A stretch of DNA of 64,000 nucleotides from a virus. Its lineage: Duplodnaviria; Caudoviricetes. Below the pieces are notes generated by a model, which had not been told where the DNA came from, did no database searches, and worked only from the letters and a program-made list of their open reading frames with translations. The position numbers were made by a program, and so were the translations under genes. The stretch lies in IMG/VR virus record IMGVR_UViG_3300005670_000019; one strand, given 5' to 3'. Shown in pieces: positions 18,760-27,066 of the stretch. Numbering within the stretch: the first letter of the stretch is position 1; each line of letters opens with the position of its first letter.

Positions 18760-18760
18760 T

Positions 18761-19264
18761 TTACCTCAACAGTTGGAAATTCTTATTGAAAAACTCTTCA
18801 ATGACTCCGTCCCAATCTTCCTTTGCTTCTATTGTATCAGTTGTTGGAAGAGAAATCTGGCAATATATCAAATTACACTTTGGTGTTAGGCATTTCAAAA
18901 ACAAAGAACGACCTAGAATTTTTTGCGTTTTCTCAATCTCTGTTTCAACTTCAATTAGGTTTCGAAGTTCGTTGCCCGTAAGTCGAACAATACGAACTTC
19001 ATATACAAGCCCAAGATAAACAAGGTTTTTGTACTTTTCTTTTTTCTCTTCTTTGATGGGGGTGTGTGGAGCAAGTTTTAGAGTATTCCAATATTGAATT
19101 GGGGTTATGTTTACAAATACCTTACCAATCTCAAAAAACGGATGGTCTTCTTTTTCATAGAAAGCTTCATGGTGGTATGTTGAAACATCAAGACTTTCCA
19201 TAATTCGGATTGTCTCAATATCAAAACTTTCATCCAAGACATTCAAGTATTTTGTCAATCTCAT
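18761..19264 (-). CDS. hypothetical protein
   Basis: 167 aa ORF. Confidence 0.6.
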   Translation of the reverse strand: MRLTKYLNVLDESFDIETIRIMESLDVSTYHHEAFYEKEDHPFFEIGKVFVNITPIQYWNTLKLAPHTPIKEEKKEKYKNLVYLGLVYEVRIVRLTGNELRNLIEVETEIEKTQKILGRSLFLKCLTPKCNLIYCQISLPTTDTIEAKEDWDGVIEEFFNKNFQLLR

Positions 19265-19607
19265 CGCAAAGCTCTTTATTCTTAGAGCTTGCCGCGCTTC
19301 TTCTCAGAGATTTTAATTTTTCTTTGGCTTCGTAATGTTTCTTGGTTTTGTTTTCCAAATCTCCAAGAACCTTTTTTACGCCTCCGAGCAATGTAAGACC
19401 ATCGCAATCCATGCCTCTTTTTGAAAGTTCCAAAGTGGCAGCTCTAATCTGATTTCGCTGGAAAGCGTTTTCATTGGATAAACGAACAATTACTTCATCA
19501 TCCGTCCCAAGTTCTTTGCGCTGCTCAACATTCTTTGCTTCTGCATTACCAGGGAAAGAAGGAAGCATTGACTTTCCAGCCATATCAATAAGTATGATGG
19601 AAATCAT
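19230..19607 (-). CDS. hypothetical protein
   Basis: ORF; start uncertain. Confidence 0.5.
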   Translation of the reverse strand: MISIILIDMAGKSMLPSFPGNAEAKNVEQRKELGTDDEVIVRLSNENAFQRNQIRAATLELSKRGMDCDGLTLLGGVKKVLGDLENKTKKHYEAKEKLKSLRRSAASSKNKELCDEIDKILECLG

Positions 19608-19614
19608 GCAAAAG

Positions 19615-19650
19615 GAAAAAACAAAAACGAGAGGAGTTGCCTCCTCTCGT
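19615..19650 (-). terminator. intrinsic terminator after AAA ATPase
   Basis: ACGAGAGGAG-4nt-CTCCTCTCGT stem followed by U tract on minus strand. Confidence 0.8.
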
Positions 19651-19712
19651 CTTATTCACAAACAACCTATGTTGGTAAGCGGCTTTAGAGTGCCCCGCAG
19701 CCGCTTTTCAGT

Positions 19713-20945
19713 TCACTTACCTTCGGGAGCCTTCTTCGCGGACGGGCGAACCACGTTCACGAGGTGATCCTTACAAAGCGGCTGGAGCAAGAGAACCAAG
19801 TCTCGACGCGGAACCAGCGGCATGTAATAGGTCATGAAAAGCTCACCCGGAAGATCCTTGAGGAAGAGCGCGAGCTGCTCGACCTGCTCCTTCGTCACCG
19901 GACGCTCCTTCTTGGTCTTTGCATCCGGCTTCGTCAGGTAAGAAACGACCTTTTCGCCGCACTCACCGAGACGGTTGACCGTCGTATTTCCGAGCTTCTT
20001 CTTTGCCTTCTCCCAATCGCGCAGGATTTCCTCGGCGGAAACCTGACGGTCACGAGTCTTGCAGAAGTTGGTGAACTTGATTCCAGCCTCGACGCCGACC
20101 ATAGCCGTTGCCATGACGTAGAAAACGTGATTGTCCGGATGCTCGTAAAGGTTTGCTCCACGAAGCTGCTCGTCCAAACGGATCCAGGCACGGCGGTCCG
20201 GATACTTCTTCATCGGCTCGAACACACCCTTGTGCTCCAAGAACTGCTCGTTCTGACGAATGAACTCGATCAAAGCCTGATCGACCTGAATGCTTTCTGC
20301 GTACTTGATCCACTCGCTCGGAGTCGGATCCAGCTCGACCGTTGCGGTACGCGAGATTTCTGCCGGGTCCTGCTGCTGGACCGTGTACTCGTCGCCGACG
20401 TTCTCAGCCACGAAGACTCGCGTTCCCTCGTGAAGCAAAAGGCTGTAATAAGCCTTGCTGTCAGCGATCTGGAAGACTGCCTGCTTCACCTGCTCAAGAG
20501 CACGGTTTCGCTCGTCGAGGAAAAGAACGACCGGAAAGTCGCTCGCGTTCACGAGCCAATCGACCGGCTTGTAAGCCGTTGCGTGCTCACCGGAAGGACG
20601 AACCTCCATGAAAGGAAGACCGATCATGTCACCTTCCGTCATCTGCGAAAGACGACGCTCGACGACGGGAAGACCAAACTCGTACTTCCAGATTTCCGAG
20701 TTGTTTCGCTTGAGGATCTTCACGACCGAACGCTCCTTCGAGAGCGCCTTCGTTACCTTCGCGCAAAACTCGGGATCCTTGTACGCCTCGTGTCGGAGGT
20801 CTGCTGCGACCTGATAGACACCTTCGGACTTACCGACAGCGTGTCGACCACGAATACAGATGGAGATATCCGGCGAAAGGGTCTTCGCCATCTGCTTGAG
20901 CGATTCCATGGAAACGGTGATTGCTAGAGAGTTGTTATTTGCCAT
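19713..20945 (-). CDS. MoxR-like AAA+ ATPase
   Basis: Walker A GRHAVGKS, EGDMIGLP, Walker B LFLDERNR, DPAEISR, PDRRAW. Confidence 0.85.
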   Translation of the reverse strand: MANNNSLAITVSMESLKQMAKTLSPDISICIRGRHAVGKSEGVYQVAADLRHEAYKDPEFCAKVTKALSKERSVVKILKRNNSEIWKYEFGLPVVERRLSQMTEGDMIGLPFMEVRPSGEHATAYKPVDWLVNASDFPVVLFLDERNRALEQVKQAVFQIADSKAYYSLLLHEGTRVFVAENVGDEYTVQQQDPAEISRTATVELDPTPSEWIKYAESIQVDQALIEFIRQNEQFLEHKGVFEPMKKYPDRRAWIRLDEQLRGANLYEHPDNHVFYVMATAMVGVEAGIKFTNFCKTRDRQVSAEEILRDWEKAKKKLGNTTVNRLGECGEKVVSYLTKPDAKTKKERPVTKEQVEQLALFLKDLPGELFMTYYMPLVPRRDLVLLLQPLCKDHLVNVVRPSAKKAPEGK

Positions 20946-21026
20946 TTTATTCCTGTTTTTGGTTGTTTGTGTTTGTTGTTGAGGACAGTGCCTCGTCGTA
21001 GTTCGTTATCGTGTCTCGATGTATTC

Positions 21027-21055
21027 AATGTAGCAGGGTTGGAGTCGATTTTCAA
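21027..21055 (-). promoter_or_regulatory. sigma70-type early promoter
   Basis: TTGAAA-N17-TACATT. Confidence 0.7.
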
Positions 21056-21085
21056 GGTTATTTTCAAGAAAACTTTGGAAAATGG

Positions 21086-21448
21086 TTATTGGGTGCGGTG
21101 CGCGACTTGGGACCGACCCACAAACTTTACTTCTTCTCCATCCACAAAATACCGGAAGCGTTCGCGAACATTGTAAAGTGTGAATAGCTTGTACTTGATT
21201 TCAATATCAGTCGAAAGGTCCAAAACGTGAAGGACTCTCTTCGTTAGTTGAAGGACAAGAAAAGTTCGGGGATTTTCTTTTGAAATTCGAAAACTTTTCA
21301 AGCTTCGAAAATCCGGAAAAGGAAAACTGACATTTCCAACTGGAACCATTTCACCCGAGACGTCACGTACAATGTCCTGCACAGAAATCACAAAAAGAGA
21401 ACCATTCTCAATGGGACGGTCGGGTTCGATTCTTGAAATAATTCTCAT
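21086..21448 (-). CDS. hypothetical protein
   Basis: ORF preceded by 22-bp motif copy 2. Confidence 0.55.
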   Translation of the reverse strand: MRIISRIEPDRPIENGSLFVISVQDIVRDVSGEMVPVGNVSFPFPDFRSLKSFRISKENPRTFLVLQLTKRVLHVLDLSTDIEIKYKLFTLYNVRERFRYFVDGEEVKFVGRSQVAHRTQ

Positions 21449-21468
21449 TTTGTCTTTCTGAACCTATG

Positions 21469-21490
21469 AGTGGAAGATAACCAATTAGAG
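21469..21490 (-). promoter_or_regulatory. 22-bp conserved upstream motif, copy 2
   Basis: CTCTAATTGGTTATCTTCCACT, 21/22 identical to copy 1. Confidence 0.6.
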
Positions 21491-21498
21491 TATGTCTA

Positions 21499-21693
21499 TC
21501 ACTCAGACGCGCGATGAATAGAAATCACATGTCCGCAACATGGAAGTTTCAGGGTCCACGAATAGAAAGTTCGAGCTCCCTTGTAACCAATCATGTGCTT
21601 CTTAGCTTCACCATAGTTGTATGACACGGTTGATCCGCATTTGTCGCAAACCACCGAAGCGTGTTGATCCCCAAGTTTTGTTACTGTTGCCAT
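21499..21693 (-). CDS. small Zn-ribbon protein
   Basis: CDKC ... PCCGH. Confidence 0.55.
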   Translation of the reverse strand: MATVTKLGDQHASVVCDKCGSTVSYNYGEAKKHMIGYKGARTFYSWTLKLPCCGHVISIHRASE

Positions 21694-21965
21694 ATATTTC
21701 TCAATTTGTTAGCTGTGGAAGTTCGCGCGAATATATATCCCTCCGCAAGGAACAGAAGGAAATGATAAATGTCACCTCCTCGAATGTCAATCGTGCGTAG
21801 AATCTTTTCCGCCTTTTCAGCTTCTTCACCTACAGTCTGCTTGATTAGGTCGATGATGAAATCCGAGTCGATGAAATGGCTCGTCCCATCCACCACAATC
21901 TCCCAATGCTTAGTTTCGAGATTCTTTTCCTCGAAGAAAACCTCAAAAAATTCTTGACTCGTCAT
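21681..21965 (-). CDS. conserved phage hypothetical protein
   Basis: FFEEK...IDIRGGDIYHFL.FLA pattern recalled from phage early proteins. Confidence 0.6.
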   Translation of the reverse strand: MTSQEFFEVFFEEKNLETKHWEIVVDGTSHFIDSDFIIDLIKQTVGEEAEKAEKILRTIDIRGGDIYHFLLFLAEGYIFARTSTANKLRNIWQQ

Positions 21966-21986
21966 TTCAGTGTACCTCTTTCAGAG

Positions 21987-22466
21987 TCACGACGGAACAA
22001 TTTCCGTCGTGATTCCTTCCTTTGCAAGTTTTGCCGAATAGATCGATGCTGCGCGAGAGTCCAGTACAAAAGGAAGGTGAAGGTTTTCAAGTTTGTGAGA
22101 AATAATAGCCTCCATGAGGTCACGGGCGGCATGTACATCACCCCGACGGGCGACGTGCTCCGAAAAGAGTGGTTCGATTCGGACTGCAATCATAGAAATC
22201 TCACGAAGAAGTTCCACTATCCTTAGAATGTCATGTCCATTGTCGACATGACGAACGAAAAGTCGCATGCATCCCTGGTCACGCACAACGGGCTTCGTCG
22301 TCTCAACAGGAACCTCTCCAGGCTCAAGAACCTTTTCACAGAGGCTCTTGACCATTTCAAAAACGACTTCCATCAGAGGAGCGCCTGCTGGCTCTGGAAG
22401 CTTGCTGAGACTTTCGAGAGCTTCCAGAAGGTTTCGAAGCTCGCTGATCTGATTGTCATACTTCAT
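21987..22466 (-). CDS. protein with possible L7/L12-CTD/ClpS-fold C-terminus
   Basis: IVELLREI...AARDLME...A....AKLAKEGITTEI. Confidence 0.4.
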   Translation of the reverse strand: MKYDNQISELRNLLEALESLSKLPEPAGAPLMEVVFEMVKSLCEKVLEPGEVPVETTKPVVRDQGCMRLFVRHVDNGHDILRIVELLREISMIAVRIEPLFSEHVARRGDVHAARDLMEAIISHKLENLHLPFVLDSRAASIYSAKLAKEGITTEIVPS

Positions 22467-22651
22467 GATGATTTCTTTCGATTGGATTGTTCTGTGTACA
22501 GAACAGAGAGAGCTTCGTACAGCGCGTTAGCTTCCATGCCAACAAGTTTTGGGTCCCGAGTATCCAGCTCGGACTCGATAAACTCGACGAGTGCCGTAAG
22601 CGTGGAAATCCGCTCTTCAAGCTCTTCGTCTGTCATCGAGTTAGCGTACAT
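22463..22651 (-). CDS. hypothetical protein
   Basis: ATGA-coupled small ORF. Confidence 0.55.
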   Translation of the reverse strand: MYANSMTDEELEERISTLTALVEFIESELDTRDPKLVGMEANALYEALSVLYTEQSNRKKSS

Positions 22652-22656
22652 TGGTT

Positions 22657-22911
22657 TCAGTCCCTTGACATGAAAGATTGCCAGACACGCTCGATGGACG
22701 GTGCCTCACGCGCTTCCTGAATTTGGAGAGCCATGCGAGCAATGACACTCGCTCCAAAAAGGACACCGCAGAAGGACACCGAAGCTGTCGTTCCCGCTCC
22801 AGTGAAGGCGAGCGCGAGCTGATTGACGAGAGCCCACACAACCCAACCACCACCGAAGAGAATGAGTTGCGACACAGCGAAAGCGACGACGAAAAGAAAA
22901 AGGCGTTCCAT
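22657..22911 (-). CDS. small membrane protein
   Basis: Two hydrophobic segments. Confidence 0.55.
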   Translation of the reverse strand: MERLFLFVVAFAVSQLILFGGGWVVWALVNQLALAFTGAGTTASVSFCGVLFGASVIARMALQIQEAREAPSIERVWQSFMSRD

Positions 22912-22953
22912 GTTTTGTTCCTACGTGAAGGATTGTTCTGACTACGTTGTTTT

Positions 22954-23202
22954 TCAGAGTGTGGAGATTTCCAGAACGGTGATCTCGGTGTACTCTTCCG
23001 AGCGAAGACGCTTGTCCGTCTCCGAAATAAGATGACCGTCCTTATCGAGGCGAGCCTTCGAAACGCGAACCTCCGAAGGGTCCCAATGACGGTATGCCTC
23101 GTCGAGCCGGTTCCACTCACGAATGACGACACGCGTGTCGTCATCCAATCCTTCGATCAACTCTCGAAGCTCACCAACCGTTACCGTTCTGTCGTATGCC
23201 AT
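22954..23202 (-). CDS. small phage protein (TVGEL family)
   Basis: TVGELRELIEGLDDD start, similar to 25828-26090. Confidence 0.6.
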   Translation of the reverse strand: MAYDRTVTVGELRELIEGLDDDTRVVIREWNRLDEAYRHWDPSEVRVSKARLDKDGHLISETDKRLRSEEYTEITVLEISTL

Positions 23203-23217
23203 GTTTTGTTCTTCTGT

Positions 23218-23451
23218 TTAGTGTTCGTTATTTTCATCAAAAAGGTTGAACAGACATGCCTGTTCTCCGCGAGGAGTGTGGCTCTCCGTCCATTCCTTCA
23301 AATTTTCGAAGCGATCCTTTTGACGCGCGACTTTCTCCAACGCGTCCGCAAGTGCAGCTTCTAGCTCGCGTACCTTCGCGGACAGAGCAGCGATTTCTTC
23401 CTCAGAAACAACAATAGGACCAACGATGGTATTGAGAGACATGATGTTCAC
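23218..23451 (-). CDS. small coiled-coil protein
   Basis: Heptad pattern; start uncertain. Confidence 0.5.
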   Translation of the reverse strand: MNIMSLNTIVGPIVVSEEEIAALSAKVRELEAALADALEKVARQKDRFENLKEWTESHTPRGEQACLFNLFDENNEH

Positions 23452-23828
23452 TTCCCCTTCGAGGCACGGGTCTTCTTCTTCGAGGTACACTCGACGTTCA
23501 GCTCGGGAGCAAGCTCGGCGATCAGAACCTTCTCGCGAGCGTGGGCGTCAGCCTTGCCACGAACCTTTTCGAGAAGCTCGATCGTGAAGTTTTCGGCACC
23601 GTGGGTGCGGAAAGCCTCGTGAAGAAGGTACGGACGAAGCTCCGTGAAGGCGTGGTGCATGTGCTTCTGCCAGCGACGCTTGAGAGCGTACGCGACCGAA
23701 CGCGAGGGCATCGCAGTGATGCCGATGTAACGCTCGCCCGTCACCAGGCACGTGATCAGGTAGATCACGTGGTTCCGGTCGGTGCGGACCTTACGCTTGC
23801 GGCTGGTGCTCTTGCTTCCCTTATCCAT
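23448..23828 (-). CDS. stand-alone GIY-YIG nuclease
   Basis: VIY...YIG, RW..H, conserved E and LN. Confidence 0.85.
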   Translation of the reverse strand: MDKGSKSTSRKRKVRTDRNHVIYLITCLVTGERYIGITAMPSRSVAYALKRRWQKHMHHAFTELRPYLLHEAFRTHGAENFTIELLEKVRGKADAHAREKVLIAELAPELNVECTSKKKTRASKGK

Positions 23829-23834
23829 GCTCTA

Positions 23835-23863
23835 ACCATAACATGTCCGGAACCGATTTTCAA
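23835..23863 (-). promoter_or_regulatory. sigma70-type early promoter, leaderless start
   Basis: TTGAAA-N17-TATGGT, 6 nt before ATG 23828. Confidence 0.8.
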
Positions 23864-24214
23864 GAAATGCATGTCGAATTATGGATAACCCATCCTAGCC
23901 GAAAAAGAAGGGATTTTCAAGCAACAATTCCCCGGAAAAACAGGGCAATTATACTTAGTTTTTCCTCTAATTTTACGAATGGTACATAGTGTACCATTTT
24001 TGCACAGTTGGACCCATTTTGTACAGCTTGACTGGAATTCCAATTTGGCTGTAATTCCATCGTGGCTGGAATACAGTGACCTTGAATTATGCTGTCATTG
24101 GAATACAGTATACCTGTACTCCTCTGTAGTGCATGGTAACGTATGGTCATAGCCATACATTGTGCCAGGATGCATGTATGGTCAAAAAATTGTTGGGGCA
24201 TTTCTTGAAAATCG
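23854..24214. repeat. 17-bp perfect inverted repeat bracketing a palindrome/iteron-rich non-coding segment
   Basis: CGATTTTCAAGAAATGC (23854-23870) / GCATTTCTTGAAAATCG (24198-24214). Confidence 0.8.
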
Positions 24215-24233
24215 ATCCTAAATGTTGTATGGT
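24205..24233 (+). promoter_or_regulatory. sigma70-type early promoter
   Basis: TTGAAA-N17-TATGGT; SD AGGAG before ATG 24260. Confidence 0.8.
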
Positions 24234-24259
24234 AAGAGAGTAAGGAACAGGAGAAAACC

Positions 24260-25171
24260 ATGTTCATCAAGTTTGACGACGCGTTTGCGAGTTTCCAACT
24301 TTGGCTCCGTGCAAATCCCAATGCGGCTGCCAAGCTTCCGTCGAAGTCGTTTGCTGACGCGCACGACGGTCGAGCCTTCGTGCAGAAGTACGCGAAGGAA
24401 TGGACGAACGAAATGCTCTTTGCGTACCTGCTTGTGGCAGGTTGTGCCGAGGGGTCGACGTTCAACTGTGATGACCTTGTTGCCTGCGCGACCGAATCGC
24501 AGCAGGCTTGGCTAAATGGCGGCGACAAGACTGTTCGTTATCGGTTTCAGTCTCATTGGGATGGACACAATTTCGCGAATAGCCTCGAAGAAATGAAGGC
24601 TTCGACCATTCCATACATTCAAATTCACACTACTTCCAGCCCGAAGGGTGATGCCTACGTTTCGCTTGCGAAGGTGTCCGGCGTCGCCTACGGGGTCGAG
24701 CGTGGAGTTTTCAGTACGGGCATCTTGGAGAGGGTTATTCGTGGCGAGAAGAAGCTCTTCGTTTGGAAGAGCCTTTCGGAAGAAACGGCATATTTTCGGC
24801 GTTCGGAAAACGACCTCGGCACCGATTTCAGTAAGTACATGGCTCACTGCTTCGCCAAGCTCTATCGCATTTCGCTCAAGTCGAAGCCGAAGAAGGTCAA
24901 GCCGACCGTGGTGTCGAAGGCAGTCGAATTCCACACCGATCAGATGAAGCTGCTCGCGGTAGCGGACCAGCTCGCGGTGAAGCTTCAAGCTTTCCGAAGC
25001 GACCTCGAAAATGGAAATCTCAACAAGCAAGTGGTGACGGAACTTTACTGGCAGTTCGAGGAACTGCAACGGAACACCACGGAAACCAAGAAGACGCATA
25101 AGCGTTTTGTTGGTGAAACGGCGGAGGATACGCGGAAGCTCGCGGAGGCTGGTCTTACCAGCGAGAAGTGA
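24260..25171 (+). CDS. early protein, paralog family A
   Basis: Shares C-terminal helical domain with 26173 and 27063 ORFs. Confidence 0.75.
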   Translation: MFIKFDDAFASFQLWLRANPNAAAKLPSKSFADAHDGRAFVQKYAKEWTNEMLFAYLLVAGCAEGSTFNCDDLVACATESQQAWLNGGDKTVRYRFQSHWDGHNFANSLEEMKASTIPYIQIHTTSSPKGDAYVSLAKVSGVAYGVERGVFSTGILERVIRGEKKLFVWKSLSEETAYFRRSENDLGTDFSKYMAHCFAKLYRISLKSKPKKVKPTVVSKAVEFHTDQMKLLAVADQLAVKLQAFRSDLENGNLNKQVVTELYWQFEELQRNTTETKKTHKRFVGETAEDTRKLAEAGLTSEK

Positions 25172-25177
25172 CAAAAA

Positions 25178-25408
25178 ATGTCCAAGAAAGAACAACAGAA
25201 AAAGAAGAGGTTGAGTGAGGAGGAGTTTCTCCTACAGTCTCTTTATTTCCGCAAATATATCCTTCCGGATTTTCTGAACAAGAAGACGCCAGCAGCTTTT
25301 GCTTTTCTGGCAGAAATTCGAAAAGACCTTGAAGCCGAGGCGGACATTCAGTTCCACTTGGAAAAGGCACGCAAGGCAAACAACCCGCTCGTACCAGAAA
25401 AGAAGTGA
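25178..25408 (+). CDS. hypothetical protein
   Basis: Operon tiling. Confidence 0.55.
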   Translation: MSKKEQQKKKRLSEEEFLLQSLYFRKYILPDFLNKKTPAAFAFLAEIRKDLEAEADIQFHLEKARKANNPLVPEKK

Positions 25409-25803
25409 GAGAAGACATGTTTGGAATTGGAAACGAACAAAAGGCAGTCGAAGTTTCGCAAGCGGAAATTGCGGAAGACATTGAAGTGGTTCGGAAGTTG
25501 TTCTTGAAGCATGAGAAGTTTCTTCGTGTGGAAGAGTCCAACGAAGGCGGACATTTCATTCGTGCTCCGATGCTTCGAAACTTGCAAAAAGAAATTCTTG
25601 ATGCTCTTCCGGGACGGATTGTGATGAAGTTTGGTGGAAATCCACCCTTGGTTCATATCTTCTTCCGTGACCATCACTTTTTCGAGACGACTTATACCGA
25701 GCGAAAGCTTGTGACTCGCGTGCGTGAATTGGAGCGCGAAGTTGAATATCTTCGAAGTCTTGTTCGTGTGTACGAGGTTGCTCTTCACGGCAATGACCAT
25801 TGA
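25405..25803 (+). CDS. hypothetical protein
   Basis: Operon tiling. Confidence 0.6.
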   Translation: MREDMFGIGNEQKAVEVSQAEIAEDIEVVRKLFLKHEKFLRVEESNEGGHFIRAPMLRNLQKEILDALPGRIVMKFGGNPPLVHIFFRDHHFFETTYTERKLVTRVRELEREVEYLRSLVRVYEVALHGNDH

Positions 25804-25827
25804 CCCCGAGCTTGAAAGGAATTCCCA

Positions 25828-26090
25828 TGACTAGCGCAGTTCAAAAGGAAAGCACGGCTCGAACGTTTCTTACGGTTCGAGAGCTTATCGCGGAGCTTCA
25901 AAAGCTTCCAGAAGACCTTCAAAACGCTCCAGTTGCAAAGAGTGTCTATGACCTTGGAAGTCATTCTTGGGTTGTGACTGGAGTTGATGAGCTTGTTCCT
26001 TCGCCTGCGAAGGTTGTAAAGGAACGTTACCTCGTTGAGGTTGATAATCCTGTGGAAGGAAAGCTTGTAAAGGTTGTCATCCTTTACTGA
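25828..26090 (+). CDS. small phage protein (TVREL family)
   Basis: TVRELIAELQKLPED; SD AAGGA. Confidence 0.6.
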
Positions 26091-26137
26091 GATGCTTGAT
26101 GCTTGAGGCAGCACTTACTGGCATCAAGTGAATTTTC

Positions 26138-26166
26138 TTGAAATTCCGGTTGGAATCTGATATGGT
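26138..26166 (+). promoter_or_regulatory. sigma70-type early promoter, leaderless start
   Basis: TTGAAA-N17-TATGGT, 6 nt before ATG 26173. Confidence 0.8.
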
Positions 26167-26172
26167 GAAACC

Positions 26173-27066
26173 ATGCTAATCAACCTAGATAAGGCTCTTC
26201 GCTCATTCAAAAAGTGGGCAAAAGAAAATCCAGAAAACACCGTTGGATATAAGTACGATTATTACTCTTGTGTTGGCATCAAGAATATGGATGCCTGGAT
26301 GGAGAAACACTATAGTAAGTGGACAGAGGAACAAAGAGCTGCATATTTGTTGATTTCTTGGCAACGTTCACTTACTGCTCCGACGTTTCCGAATGGAAAG
26401 AGATATCCAGATGGAAGCGATTTCTTCCTCAAACACTACACTGGATTGTTTTTCAATGATCCAACCAAGAAGTCGATCAATCTTGGAACTCCTGAAAACA
26501 ACTTTCAAAGTTGTTCATTTTTAGTTGTTGAAACAACAGAAAATTCTTGGAAGGGCAAGATAACGAAATATCACATTCCAATCGTAAGCTCATATACGTC
26601 GGAATGGAGGGCTTTCAATGATGCGAAGGGCGCGTTCGAAGCGGGCGAATCTTGGTATCTTGAGAGAAGGAGAAAAGCCTTCGTGAAGGACTTTCAAAAG
26701 GTTGTGCAAGAGAACGCAGACATACTTTTGGAAAGTAAAGGTCCTGTTATCGATCCAAAGTTCATGGAAGCTGCCCTCAATTTTCAACAGGAGCAGTTGG
26801 AACTTCTTCCGGACATTTCAAAACTTGAAAGAGTTTTGAAAGAGCTTCGAGAAGATATTGATGAAAGTGGGATTTCGAAGAGAAAAATCAATGAAGTCCA
26901 AGGAATTTTGAATGACCTCAACTACTCCTTGAAGCATATAAAAGAACATAATCCTATCATCGGCAAAACCAAGGAAGAGAGCTTGAAGATTTTCGACAAG
27001 GCACTTCAAGGTGGCATTCCTCGACTTCTTCGTACGGACAAGAGGAAGAAGAAAGTTCAAGAATGA
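26173..27066 (+). CDS. early protein, paralog family A
   Basis: N- and C-terminal similarity to 24260 ORF. Confidence 0.75.
   Translation: MLINLDKALRSFKKWAKENPENTVGYKYDYYSCVGIKNMDAWMEKHYSKWTEEQRAAYLLISWQRSLTAPTFPNGKRYPDGSDFFLKHYTGLFFNDPTKKSINLGTPENNFQSCSFLVVETTENSWKGKITKYHIPIVSSYTSEWRAFNDAKGAFEAGESWYLERRRKAFVKDFQKVVQENADILLESKGPVIDPKFMEAALNFQQEQLELLPDISKLERVLKELREDIDESGISKRKINEVQGILNDLNYSLKHIKEHNPIIGKTKEESLKIFDKALQGGIPRLLRTDKRKKKVQE

Noticed and set aside
19764-20927. 387-aa plus-strand ORF
   Set aside because: Antisense shadow of the AAA ATPase caused by GC-rich codon bias; no motifs or RBS
21421-22182. GGTTCGATTC T-loop-like strings at ~21423 and ~22171
   Set aside because: Inside coding regions, no cloverleaf or acceptor stem; no tRNA supported in this window
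23970-24190. Possible CRISPR mini-array
   Set aside because: Repeats are short (9-16 nt), irregularly spaced and lack a repeat-spacer period; no cas genes
23917-24528. 203-aa minus-strand ORF across the divergent region
   Set aside because: Overlaps promoter and gene 24260 antisense; composition not protein-like
24512-25195. 227-aa minus-strand ORF
   Set aside because: Shadow of gene 24260-25171
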